The notes below the pieces were generated by a model. It saw nothing but the letters and a program-made list of their open reading frames with translations, was not told the origin of the DNA and did not search any database. Below are positions 1 through 12,325 of a DNA stretch of 64,000 bases, piece by piece. Position 1 is the stretch's first letter. The number at the start of each line of letters is the position of its first letter. This DNA comes from Chrysemys picta bellii (lineage: Eukaryota): assembly GCF_011386835.1 (NCBI RefSeq), contig NC_088797.1:72106001-72170000 (forward strand), in the 5' to 3' direction. The position numbers and the translations under genes are program-made.

Positions 1-376
1 CACCTCCTCCTACGAAACTCCTTATTGGGGGAGATGTCTGGCCCTACCGACTGCCTCGGATGCACTACTTAAGCCAAAAAGAGGCAAAGGAAGTCTTCTG
101 AGCATGAAGGTCGATTCCTGCTTGGCTGTCACTTAGTCCCCTGAATTCTGTGCTTTGTCTTCCTGCCTTCCAGCTTGTTCCTACCCTCCTTATCCCAGAT
201 CCTCTCTACGCCAGGTTCCCGCTTTCCTGCCTTGCTCCAGATCCCTGCTCCTCCACCCCACCCCTGACTCAAACTTGACCCTTGGCATGATTCCTGACTT
301 GGGTTTCAACTCTTGGCTGGAATCCCGACTCAGGCTTTGACCACTAGACTTAACTGCCTACTCCTTGGTCCTTACA
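1..376. mobile_element. possible 3' part of an LTR (Gypsy/ERV-like), cut by the window start
   Basis: Pyrimidine-rich with iterated cctgact/ccttgg motifs, ending ...ggtccttACA at 376. The 5' end and TSD lie outside the window, so support is weak. Confidence 0.3.
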
Positions 377-2317
377 ATAGTGTGCCAAAAGTGGCAGCAT
401 GGGTTAGCTCTGCCAGGTAAAAACGTGGCTGAATCCTGTGGTCATGTATTCGGCATGGCTGGCCTGTGCTGCTACTCTCTGTTCTACCCCAAGTACATTA
501 CTAGGTTGATGAAAATTAGCACAAGTATGTCTACATGAGTTGGCATCATGCCCATAGCTCATAATGTAGCCATAGCTATAGACTATAATTTGATAGATTT
601 ATCATACGTTGATTAGAGCAAGTTTAGAATATTATACGCAAAGAAGAGAGTTGCATGATCCACGTACGTTAAATTACTACTTTTGTCATGTGCTTATACA
701 GAATTGATTTAAAAAAAAAAGAGAAGAAGTTAGTAGAGATGGGCTGGAGTTGTTAAAATCTGATCCTGTTTCCTAGAAGACAAAAGCAGACATATGTACA
801 CAAAAGGGGAAAGAAAATAACAGCAAAGATAAAAAATGCAGCTTCTGTCTCTGGTGTTGACTCTTACTTGCAACCTCACTGCTGGAAAACAGACAGGCAT
901 GGCACTTGGTCTTATTAGCCACTCTGAGACCTGGCAAATTCATGCCACCATCAGGCAGTTTAGGGCATTTCATTTAGTTGCTGTCTCTGATCCCAAGCTC
1001 AAGCAGTGTTGCAAAATATGCAGTCTTGACCTGCTAAGACAGACTTGTAAGACAGAAGGAAAAAGAAGAGAGATCGGAAAGAGAAGAAATAAGGCAGGGA
1101 AGGAAAAGGATGCCTGGGGTGAAGTGTGGGGACAAAGTCTCATATCCCAGGTGGCATTTGGGATCTAGCCAAAGCTGGTGGAGGCATCAATGTCATTTAT
1201 CTGCCTCTCTCTAGTCAGAAAATCTTTCAGGATTAGGATTAAGAAGGTCTAAAGTCCCAGGAGACGGTAGGGCTGGAAGTCATGATGGTGAAGCTCGCTT
1301 TTTCCCCTTCTCTCACTTTTCAGTCAGTCAATATCACACTCCATTAGATTTTCCCAAAAAAGTCTCTCTTTGAGGTACCTCAAAGGAAGTGATGGGTGGA
1401 ATAGCCCATCCCTTCATTATTTTGTGCATCACTTAGGCCTGATTGCCAACACATCAATTTTGGTTCATTGATTTCTGATCCCACACTCGTTTTGTTTACC
1501 AGGCATGATCTTAACACAGTCTTTGAGTTATATCAGCAGTCCATTTTGATTGGACTAACTCAGTTTTTCTGTCTCCTTTTTGCACCTTTTCCCATCAACA
1601 TTTATTATAGGTTATTATGATACGTTATGAGCTTTCATTCAACTTTTCATAGTTAAGATCACAATTAGAGTAAATTTGTAGGCCCAGTTATTACAACAGA
1701 GCATAGCCCAGTTATGTGGACATTTCTGACTGTACCTTTCATTGGGTATGTTAGGGTTCTATATTACTCTCTGTCTACATTCAGAACTCTCAGCGATGTC
1801 AGTTTAGAGTCCCTGATTGAGATAACATATGGCCCTTGTCCTCTAAAGAAAGTTGAGGACTTTCTAAACTAAAAGAAACTAAATATTTCCAGAACTTCCC
1901 CATTGGGGGTGAGATTTTCAAAGCTACCAGGGAGATTTGGACACTTATTTTCCATTAACATTAATCTGATCCCCCAAGTGGCTTTGAAAATCCAGGCCTT
2001 GATCTTTCTTGAATCTTCTGAATAAGTTAGTGGTCATTAGCTAGCAAAGAGACTTCTACTAGCTGTGAGCCAATTGCTCAATAATGGAGGAGGAGGGGGG
2101 GAGACAAAGATATAACCTCATTCCCCTCCATATTGGCCTTTGGAATGAGCCAGCCCACAAAGGAGAGCAGTCTGCATAATACTATTGAATGGTGCAGCAT
2201 GTAACCCTCCTGTATACCAAGCAGCCCCAGGGAGATAGTATCTCTTGGGACACAATCTTTCTCCCTGTCTCCTGAAGGGCATTGCAACCCTTCAGGAGTC
2301 TGGAAGTGGTGTTTTAT

Positions 2318-2612
2318 ACAGTCAGAGATTCCAGGACAAGAAGGGGCCATTGTGATCATCCAGTCTGACCTCCTATATAACACAGGCCACAGAAATTCCC
2401 CCAAATAATTTCTAAAGCAGATTTTTTAGAAGAACCTCCCATCTTGATTTAAAAATGGGCAGTGGTGGACAATCCAGCATGACCTTAGGTAAATTGTTCC
2501 AATGGTTAATTACTCTCACTGTTAAAAATTTACGCCTTATTTCCAGACTGGAAATAGCTTCAACTTCCAGCCACTGGATTGCGTTATACCTTTCTCTGCT
2601 AGATTGAAGATT
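2318..2612 (-). mobile_element. CR1 LINE 3' end fragment in the SH2D4B intron
   Basis: Contains gatcatccagtctgacctcctatataacacaggcc and ttgttccaatggttaattactctcactgttaaaaa, which match the reverse complement of the CR1 ORF2 end and 3'UTR as I recall it. Confidence 0.8.
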
Positions 2613-3042
2613 GCCTTAATTATTAACCTCAAAACATTTTGAGATGATCAGATCAGAGATACTGTATTACCTGATGAAAAGTATAATTATAATTGCCGAT
2701 AGCCCCTGAGTACCCATGATACAGAAACTGCAACCCTGGACATTCCAGTGCTCTATCTGTTCTGATACCTCCTTTCTTTCAGTGGCTTAGAATGTAGATA
2801 CTGAATCCAGAGACTAAATGACCTTTTCTATTTAATTCATTTCTCGATGAGTTGTATTTTGTGCACATCTTTAGGAAAACTGTGAGGACAGTGGGGATGT
2901 GGTAAAACAAGTGGAAATAATTATTAATAATCACATAAGTAACAAATTAAGCATGCAGAATTCCATCAAAGACAGGTAATAATTACTGAGTCCCCTGAGC
3001 TGTAACCTCCTACCACAATCACATTCCATTGTAAGTGCTTGA

Positions 3043-3429
<387 letters not shown>

Positions 3430-6400
3430 TGAATAAATTAAAGAGGAACCATGTAATTTGAAACCAACCTAGAAAGTGGAAATGACCATAGTGAAACGCT
3501 AAACTACTGTACAGTGGCTCTAGTCAGAATATACAAATTAAACTTCATACACCTGGAGTTTTGTTTCTCTGCTGAAGTGAACCAGTGGATTTTTTTTCCA
3601 CTTTCAAAATCTTCAGTATCCATTTGTGTCCCTTTCTAACCAACTTTGTATGCAGTGCCTGCTTTGAAGGACCAAAAGATGCACTAATAGGGACTGACAG
3701 AGTTAACAGTTTTTCTGAGCTTCTTTGGTCTGCAAAATTGGATTGGAAATATTACAAGAAAAGGGCTTTTGATGGTATTTCAGCACTGTAGCCTCTGATC
3801 CTGGAGCCGCAAAATGCAAAAGCACACACAATTAGGAGAGTGAGGGTCAAACAAATTGAAGAATAGTCTGGGTTCAGTTTTAGGAATGGACTAAGGCTAA
3901 TTTCTTATGTTATCCAAATCCCTCTTCTCAGAATAGTTTACCATGAGCCTTTGACAACTCTACATCGCCAGGAATTGGCTCTCTTGGAAGTTGTGCTTCT
4001 TACGGTCCAGTCTGTGACTAAAAAGCAGCACAATTTCTGATGGAACAGGTTATTTTTACCTTCTCATGTGTGTCTCTCCATCAATTTTTCTTCTGTTTTT
4101 CTCTTTCTCCTCACCCGTATCGTTCCCTCTCCTCTTTTCTCTTCTTTGTTTCACTCTCATTCCAGTGGATTTTTTCTCCTCTACAACTATTTCCATATCC
4201 CATTTCTCCTCAGACAACGTGTAAGGAGCTTTCTTTTTCTTCCCCTAATTTCCCTTCTCCTGCTCCCAATTTCCCTTCCCTCTCCTCTAAGCCTTTCTTA
4301 AGGTGCCATGAACTTCAGTTTGAAGCACCTCTGCATGCTCTCTCCACACCTATGCACACTCTATTCGTTCCCCCAGTGAACCTCTTGTTAGTACTTATAA
4401 TACTGAACAACAGAGGGAAATTCTGCTCTGTAACACTGGGGTAAATCTGGAATAATTCACTAGATTTATATCAGTTTAATGGAGATGAGAAGTCGGGCCC
4501 ACGAGTGAGGTCACCGCAGAACATGACAGTCCCTGCCTCAAGGAATTTACATTGCAAGTAAGAAACAGACCATGCAGTCAGAGCAGAGTGTAATATTCTA
4601 CATAAATAGGTTGGGACAGATTCCTGGCCTCTCTCAAGAAATGGCACAAGAAGGGGTCTTAAAACTGCCTTAATGCAGCAGCTGAGAATCTAACTAGCAT
4701 AGGAGAGATGTGAGCCTGGCACACAACCTCTATTTGCCCCTCCAAGGAGGGGTGGGGCCAGAGTGCAATGTGGTCCAGTGATCCCGGCTAGAGGAACAAC
4801 TCCTCAAGACCATTATCCCCTGGCACAAGGTAGAGCAGCCCTAAGCTGGTTCTAACTTCAGTTTGTGTGAGTGGTGGGAGAGAGGGACGGGGGGGAGGGT
4901 TATAAAGTTGGCACAGTACTGCCTATGTGTGGATCTAGCCCGTTATACATAGAACACACACCCCACATGATAAGCAGGGGGAAAGCTGAACCTAGACACC
5001 TCCATTTTATTTTATATATTTGAAGAAGCCTTCATTTCAAAGTCAGTGCATCTCTTTGTACTGCCTCCTACAGAAACAAGCATCATCTAGATCGGTATAT
5101 TGGAGAGAGGGACTCTCAGGATACTCCTGGTTGGGAATATTACTTTTTACAGTTGCACAGCTAGCACTTAAACACTGCAGGCTGAAACTGTGGTGGAACT
5201 CAGTCCCTGAGGCAGGCGTTCTGGCAGCCATGATGTCTCCTCCTCTTTTGGGGGCAATCAAGTCTGACAAAAGTTCCTGTATTTCCCTTGTTTTCTCCTT
5301 GCCCATCATAGACAATAACCACACAAGACACCCCATTCATCTGCAAACAGAACAAGGGCACCTGTCAGAAGCAAAATGTCTATTAAGCCCAGACAATAAG
5401 GAAAAAATATTTTCGTGTGGGGGGGAGAGCGTCCCCGATGATAAAATCGACAGGTGTGGTTGTGACAGTCTCATTAGAGAAGCTGCTTTTTTTCTAAAGT
5501 GACCACCCAGTTCTCTTTTAATTGTCTGGCTTAGTGGACATATGTAAAACAGGTCAGTTTGCTCCCGAGTGTCAGTTCCTGTTTTCCATATCATTGTCAA
5601 TGAAACTTTTCTGCTGTCTTTACCTCTGAAGTGAACTCTCAAGCCCTCCACAACCTTTTAATGGCCAGCTACACAATGCCAGAGGACATGAAAGCAGCAC
5701 AACGGAAATTAACTTACTCTCTTCCAGATCCTGCCCCAGTTCTGTTTTAGATTAAACTCTTTCAGGAAGGTTCCTGGTCTTTTGTCATGGTTAAGATGAA
5801 CTGTAGGTGGATTCCATTTATCTTCAGAGCCCAAAGTTTACTGTGATCCCAAAGACCACAGCAAAAGCTGTAAGAATTCAGAGCCAGCCACCAAAACTAA
5901 AGGGGCTAGGAAATGACAATAATACAGAGCTTGACCCTCTTTCCTCTTCTTTACCTCATTCTGGTCTTTATTTGGAGACATTGGTTAATGTGGGTGTTGG
6001 GAGATTGTCAGGTCAGGTAACTACTACCCAACTTTACATCCACAAAAGACCATGTGGCACTAGCCAGTCTAATGTTTATATGAGTTTTTACAACCACTAG
6101 GGTTTATTTTTGCATATAAATATAGCGTTGAAAGCAGCAAACATTATAATTAAGTTGAGAGTGGCTTTCCCTACTAAACCCCTGTATCTGCTTGCTCATA
6201 ACTTTCCCACAATGTTTCTATTTGGATAGCAAATTTCCATACTTATTTTCAACCCAACATAGTGATTGGGCATGGACCAAGACTGGGATTTTCAATGGGG
6301 CCTAAAGGAGTTAGGTACTCAAATTCCCATTGAGTTTCACTGAGAACTGAACACCTTTGAAAATCCAAGCCCAATAACTCAGATCTAAATTTGGATTCAG

Positions 6401-7092
6401 CTGCATTCCTAACTTTGGGATGTTCTGATCTATGGTTTTGCCCCCTATCTAATCCCCAAGTCATTTTTAATGGACTCATTAAAATTGTTTCAGTCATTTT
6501 TAATGAATAACAAAACAGAATTCCCTTCATTTATGTAACTCTTATTTTCCCACTCCATTTTTATTGTATTCTAACATGCCAGTTTAAATAATGAATAACA
6601 GTCTCTATGCTAACAATGGAAAATGGTTTAGTCTTTTATTCCATTCTTTTTATATGGGCATACAGTTATCAACTGTGCATGTGCAGAGAGTGGCATAGAT
6701 TATGCAGAGCACTAAGAAGGATGTGGAACTAGCATGATCCTTTCCACTGACTGTGTGGAAGAGGGAATATCAGGCCCTGTACAAAGCAGAGGTGAAGAAG
6801 GAGCTGGTTTTTGTATTGGCAGCTCCACACCTTGGAGAGAGAAGAGGAGCTGCTGGTATCCCAGTGTACATTTGATGAGATGCACATTTGTGTGTCTTAT
6901 TAGAATTGCAGATAATCATTTTTAAGATGTGTAGTTGGGCAATAGCAGCCAGTTTCTCATCTCACCAAAGGTTTGGTCCTTACTGGAATTGGGTGAGGAT
7001 CTTCTTTTTTGCTGTGGTTTTGTTTCTTGAGGGGACAGGTGAAGGCTGAAGCACCTTTGAATGATACTGTGAATGTCCTTTTATCTTTTCAG

Positions 7093-7185
7093 GAAGAAAT
7101 TATCACATCCTCAGGTGGGGAGTTACTACTGGAACCATGTGGACAGAGGAAGAATCCACCTGACTACAGTTCCTTATTTGAATGA
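7093..7185 (+). CDS. SH2D4B: SH2D4B last coding exon
   Basis: Acceptor ttttatcttttcAG ends at 7092 and is in phase with the 3387 donor. Encodes EEIITSSGGELLLEPCGQRKNPPDYSSLFE followed by TGA, the expected end of the SH2 domain and protein. Confidence 0.92.
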   Translation, partial: EEIITSSGGELLLEPCGQRKNPPDYSSLFE

Positions 7186-9495
7186 CTGTTTTCTGTCTTT
7201 AGGACTAGAATGAAAACCCTACTACTAGGGTAGTTAAAATAGTATGTTAATTATCAAATTTTCAGTTACTAGCTGTTTGGCCAACAAACTACCACCATTA
7301 ACAGGTCCTAGAAGCAACCATTTGATACCTGATTTGTGGTAATTATTTATATTACCAAGAGTTTAAAGATGGGAGAATACTGACTGACTACAAGTGAAAA
7401 CAATTCTCAGTAGTCCTTCTAAGAGATGTGGTCAACTGGCATTGGCACTCAAGGTCATTTTAATTTTTCAACTAATGTCCAGGGTTGAAAATGCTAACTG
7501 ACATGACTTTAAGGAGGAAGGTGAACTACTGTATACATTCATAAGATGTTGTATGAAATACTAATATGTTGAATTAGGTTCTTTCCTCTGACATCAGGTT
7601 TGCTAGTTTCCAATGACAAGCTCATCAGTCAATCTTGCAGTTTTGCAAATGGACTTTAAAAACCTATGTAATTTGTGATATATTATTGTTTACTTTCAAA
7701 TTCAGGCCTATAAAGTGAAATTTCCCTCAGAGCAGACAGTCCCCACAAGATCCTGTGCACTATTAAAGACTTTATTGGTCCAGCAGCATTGGAAAGACTT
7801 TCACCTGTTCTGTAGAAGATGGTCAATTATTCTGCACCATGTAGCTAATCACTGTTTCCAACAGGAAACAAACAAACAAAAAACCTACAAGATTTACAAC
7901 TCACAAATCACTTTATGTTGGGAATGTAATTTTGAAACTTGAAGTAATGAATTAATTAAGGATGGGGAAATCACTCTGGATAAAATATGAAGTGACCTGA
8001 ATCCTCACCCAAAACTCTAGCCAATCCCTGACATTTCTCTACTTTCAGTGATGCCCAAGCCGCATCTTGCAGTTTCCTGGCTTTACTTTTTTATAGTTCC
8101 AGACATTCCCTTACCAGTTCTGCTTGCAAGGGAGTTAGACAGATCCATGTATAAGGCATGACGTATTTATTAGATATCATGCCTGTTCACCTTTACATAT
8201 AAGGCAGAGAGTTCTTAAAGCATTTGTTACAGCCACATACTAAATATCAGAACATATCTAAAGAAACAGGTATACCGAAGTGAGTAACATAGGCTAGCTA
8301 CTTAGACTTACTTGATTGATAAGTTGGAGATCATTCCATTAGACAAGTTATGAAGTATTTAGAAGATTTTTAAAGAACTCTCACTAGCCTTCTGGTTTGC
8401 TCCCAGGCCCCTTTGCAAGGAGCTGTCAGTTGGACTCAGCTGGGGTATACAGTTGTTTCCCCTTTCAGTTCCTCAGATCCTATTCCTCCCTTCCCCAGGA
8501 GGGCATCATTTCAGAATTGTCTGGCCATGCTGAAGGTTTGTTTACAATATACAGCATAATGTATTTGATCTGAGTCATTCTCAGTGGAGGGATGTAACTG
8601 AAATGACCATGTGACTCCATAAGTGGGTAGTTTCTCCATCCTTTTCAGATACTTAAGACCCATTTTGAATAATGAGAGACTTTGCCCACAGCTACATCTC
8701 ACATCTCATTTCCTCTGCCTGCTCCTTAAAAGTCTTCCCAGTACTCTCTTAACTCCAACCTTTGTGCTTCTCTCTCACTTTCAGCTTTGTGCCTTACTTT
8801 ATGATATTCTCATGCTTGGAACAGCCTCACAATTCATATGTGCCACTCTCCCACATCCCCTTAAAACCTTTTTCTTATTATTGAATCCCTTCCTCCTCAG
8901 AGGGTGACTCCATTTGCTTGTGCCCTTGAACAGGTATCCTGTGTATTGTATCTGTCAGAATTAGACCGTAAACTGATCTTCAGGGGAAGGGACCTTGTCT
9001 TTACACGTTTGTTAAGCATCACGTACACTTATGGTGTTACACAAATAATAAATGCTCTTCATAATGACAGTGGCTTTCCTCATTATTGCCTCTTCCAGTC
9101 CTTGTTGAAATCAGAAAATTCAGACATGTCTTGCAATATCACATAGGATATTTTTCTTTTGTTAATGTTAGCTTTTTGTGAGATTAAATCCATCTGTGTT
9201 TGTGACCTGTGAAGAAGAATTTCTATTAGCTTTCCACAGAGGGAAATTTAGTTGGACAGTTTCTATGTGATTTGCATTGGCCACATTGGCCCTGGTTTCT
9301 GTAAAACCTCATAACAAAAGGTTGTCTAAGAAGTTAGGGTTCAGTCTAAATTGTAATCAGGGCTCACTAGTGTATTGTTCACTTTCTGGATCAGCTATTC
9401 TCATCATAGGGTACTCTGATGTGAATGCAGCTAAGATTTCTTGACCAAATATGTTTGGAAAATTAGGATAGTCTTTTCTGCGGCTGATATCTTGG

Positions 9496-9718
9496 GAAGC
9501 AGTGTGACCTAGCAGTTTGAGTGGGTGACTGGGAGTCGAGAGATCTGTGTTGTCTTCAGCACTTGGCCATTAGCTCAACAGTGGAACTCTTGCAAGTCAC
9601 TGAGTCTTTGAGCTTCAATTTACCATCCTGGAAAAAGGGGATAATAATATGGACTCCCTCTCTTTTGTAAACTATTTTCAGATCCTCAGATAAAAGGTTA
9701 TTATGTATGCTTAAAGTA
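9496..9718 (+). mobile_element. MIR/CORE-type SINE, degenerate
   Basis: Contains gcagtgtgacctag...ctgggagtc and the core-like gcaagtcact...cttcaatttaccatcctggaaaaggggataataat. Confidence 0.5.
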
Positions 9719-10077
9719 GGACACATTGTTTTCTGATTCTTTTGAGGTTTACCTCCCTGTAGAATTCAGCATCTACAATTATGGGAATGTTTGTGTACAT
9801 AAAGTTGAAGCAGCCTTGTTCTGTATAAAGAATTCATATTCATAAGACGTTGGCAATAACATAATTATTCCTTTCTAAATGATACATTTCCCAGGAACTG
9901 TCTACATTTTTGAATACAGGACAAGAAAACTTGAAAGTTTGGATCTTTAGCTTACCCGTTCTGTCCTAATTAACGTGTATGAGACAACCACACAGTTTTC
10001 AATTCATGATATATTTCCTACTTTTTTGGGTCTGCATTCCATGCATGTCTCATATTTTAGGTTTTACCTGGCTTTAA

Positions 10078-10296
10078 AATAAATTCCTTGTAAGTTCTCC
10101 TGCAAATGAAATTACTGTCTGGAAAACCGCAATTTCATCTTGAGAGTTTTATTATGTTAATAAATGTCAGAATTCTCAAATAAAGGAATTGCTTTTTTTC
10201 CAGAGCCCCACAGAAATAATGAAGAACATCCAGCCAACTCAGAGAGAACTGCTTAGTAAAACTTTACAATATATAACCAGAAATATTGGAAATAAA
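10078..10296 (+). terminator. candidate polyadenylation signal cluster for the SH2D4B 3'UTR
   Basis: Four AATAAA hexamers at 10078, 10159, 10189 and 10291. The region is AT-rich, so chance occurrence is possible. Confidence 0.25.
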
Positions 10297-11931
10297 ATAT
10301 AGTGCCACTTAACTGAAGATAAAATTCAAAGAAAACAAAAGGACATCATAGTAGACAGAAATTAAAAAGAACAGAAGCTTTCCTAGGTAAAGATGTGCAG
10401 CTGCTGCTAATACACTGGAGGGTAGCGGGGGAAATACAAGAGTAGAGACATTTTCTGAGCTAACAAATGCTTGTTGCTGCCTTCCAGAAAACAAATGGAC
10501 TATGAAAAGGTAACTAGTGAGTGGGAGGCATAGAAAGGGGGAAAGCAATTTAGAAAATGAAGAGAGAATTAAAACAATGAGACAAATGTGTTTATCCCAT
10601 TGTTTTTAAAAAAATTACTATATTTTTGAAATCCTTCGAGGAAACTCCGAAGATTGTTCTCTTCCCCAAATCATAATGCTTAAAATATAAGTGGAGTCTG
10701 AGCCACAACATTCAGAACTGCATTTCAAACTCCCAAAGTCTGGAGATGTTGGCTTAGCCCAACAGAGATTCCAAGCTGCGGATTCTTGCCAGGATCTGCA
10801 TTCAGATTCCAAGCCCTGCCTTGCTTCTTCTACATTCAGTGTTGTTTGGTTCTGTCCGTTTCTCTACAGTCTTTTGAGGTGGTGGTGGTTTCGATTTCCT
10901 GTTTGTCCAGGTTTATGATATTATAGCAGTGACCCACAAATCTTGGTTGTGATTTATTTTTCCTGGGGTAGCTAGTGCTGAGTCAAGGGAGCTGCATGTG
11001 CGGAATTCCATTTTAAGGATTCCTGTCAATATTTCCTGTCACTCTGGCCTCTGGAATTGATGGTAAGTCCACTTTGATAGGGACACAAACTTCATAATAA
11101 GGAAAACATTTACATTCTTAAATGAATCTGACTTTCCTTTATATCCCTATCATAGCAATAAAAATGCACTTTATAGGTTCACAAGTATTTATGCATATTC
11201 TTTAGACAGAATCTCCAATGCATTCATTACCTTGGCTTTCTGGGATCCCTGTTACATCTGTAATTTTTGATTTTTGTCTCAATACTAGGGCTGTGTACAG
11301 ATTTTGTCAGTTTAATGGCATTGGCTTTTGTATGGAAAAGCAAACACAGCCCAAACAAACCCTACTACAGGGATATGATTTTGAAACCCACCTAATGTAT
11401 TTGGATGCTCACTTCCAGTGTATTATCTCTGCTTTAGGTATTGCAGTGGAATTAATATACAGTTTAAGAGTATTTAAAATTATTGAATCTTTGCATTAAA
11501 GAAGCACCTCAAAACCCCATTTAGTATCAGGACCGCATTGTACTGAACAAACACTGAGTAAAAGACTATCCCTGCCTCAGAGAGGTGTCTAAAGATTTTT
11601 GGTAAAACAGATGGACTATATATGGTGTTCATATTTACTGAATCTGGGCTGGACCCAGAGCCCATTGAGATCATGTGAGACTGCAATAATTTCAACTGAT
11701 TTTGTTGAGCTGTATGAACCAGAACCTCCACTGGTGTGAATCAAGATAGCTCCATTGACTACAGTGAAGCTACCCAGATTTCCACTGGCTGAGGATCCAC
11801 CCCCATGAGTACACACAATCCCCCTTGTCTTTCACAATTTGCTTTAAATACACACAAGGCTATTTATATTGTTATCTTATAATGATGCCTGTGTGTACCA
11901 CAGTGGTTTGAAGTCTAACTCATAAATTCTT

Positions 11932-12026
11932 TAAAAAGCAACAGAGAGTCCTGTGGCACTTTAAAGACTAACAGATGTATTGGAGCATAAGCTTTCGTGA
12001 GTGAATGTCCACTTCGTCAGATGCAT
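11932..12026 (-). mobile_element. 95-bp Penelope-like element 3' (pLTR) fragment with its own TSD
   Basis: gtcctgtggcactttaaagactaac...gagcataagctttcgtg is homologous to the palindrome arm ends at 39.1 and 41.7 kb. Flanked by cataaattctt (11921-11931) and catacattctt (12027-12037), a 10/11 match. Confidence 0.8.
11985..12024 (-). ncRNA. minimal type I hammerhead ribozyme (PLE-associated) with canonical CUGACGA core
   Basis: Minus strand reads GCAU-CUGACGA-A-GUGGACAUUCACUCAC-GAAA-GCUU-AUGC. Stem I is GCAU/AUGC, stem II is partly degenerate, and helix III is the palindromic AGCU. Confidence 0.65.
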
Positions 12027-12138
12027 CATACATTCTTGTCTTCCAGTTTTTATAAAGCCACAGCACAAATTTGCTCTAAGGTGAAACGTGGTATTTCTCA
12101 TTCTGGGAGAAATTTTCTTTCTCTCTTATTTATATATA

Positions 12139-12325
12139 CACCTCTACCTCGATATAAGGCTGTCCTCGGGAGCCAAAAAATCTTACCACGTTATAGGTGA
12201 AACTGCGTTATATCGAACTTGCTTTAATTTGCCAGAGTGCGCAGCCCCGCCCTCCGGAGCACTGCTTTACCGCATTATATCCAAATTCATGTTATATCGG
12301 GTCGCGTTATATTGGGGTAGAGATG
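12139..12325. mobile_element. Tc1/mariner-pogo (Tigger-like) MITE
   Basis: TIRs cacctctacctcgatataa and ttatattggggtagagatg, with TA on the left flank. A paralogous copy lies at 62057-62292. Confidence 0.8.

Noticed and set aside
760-1800. ORFs 773-973 and 836-1168 and the surrounding sequence as a gene
   Set aside because: No recognisable domain or exon structure. The sequence looks like an interspersed repeat that I cannot classify from boundaries or a TSD.
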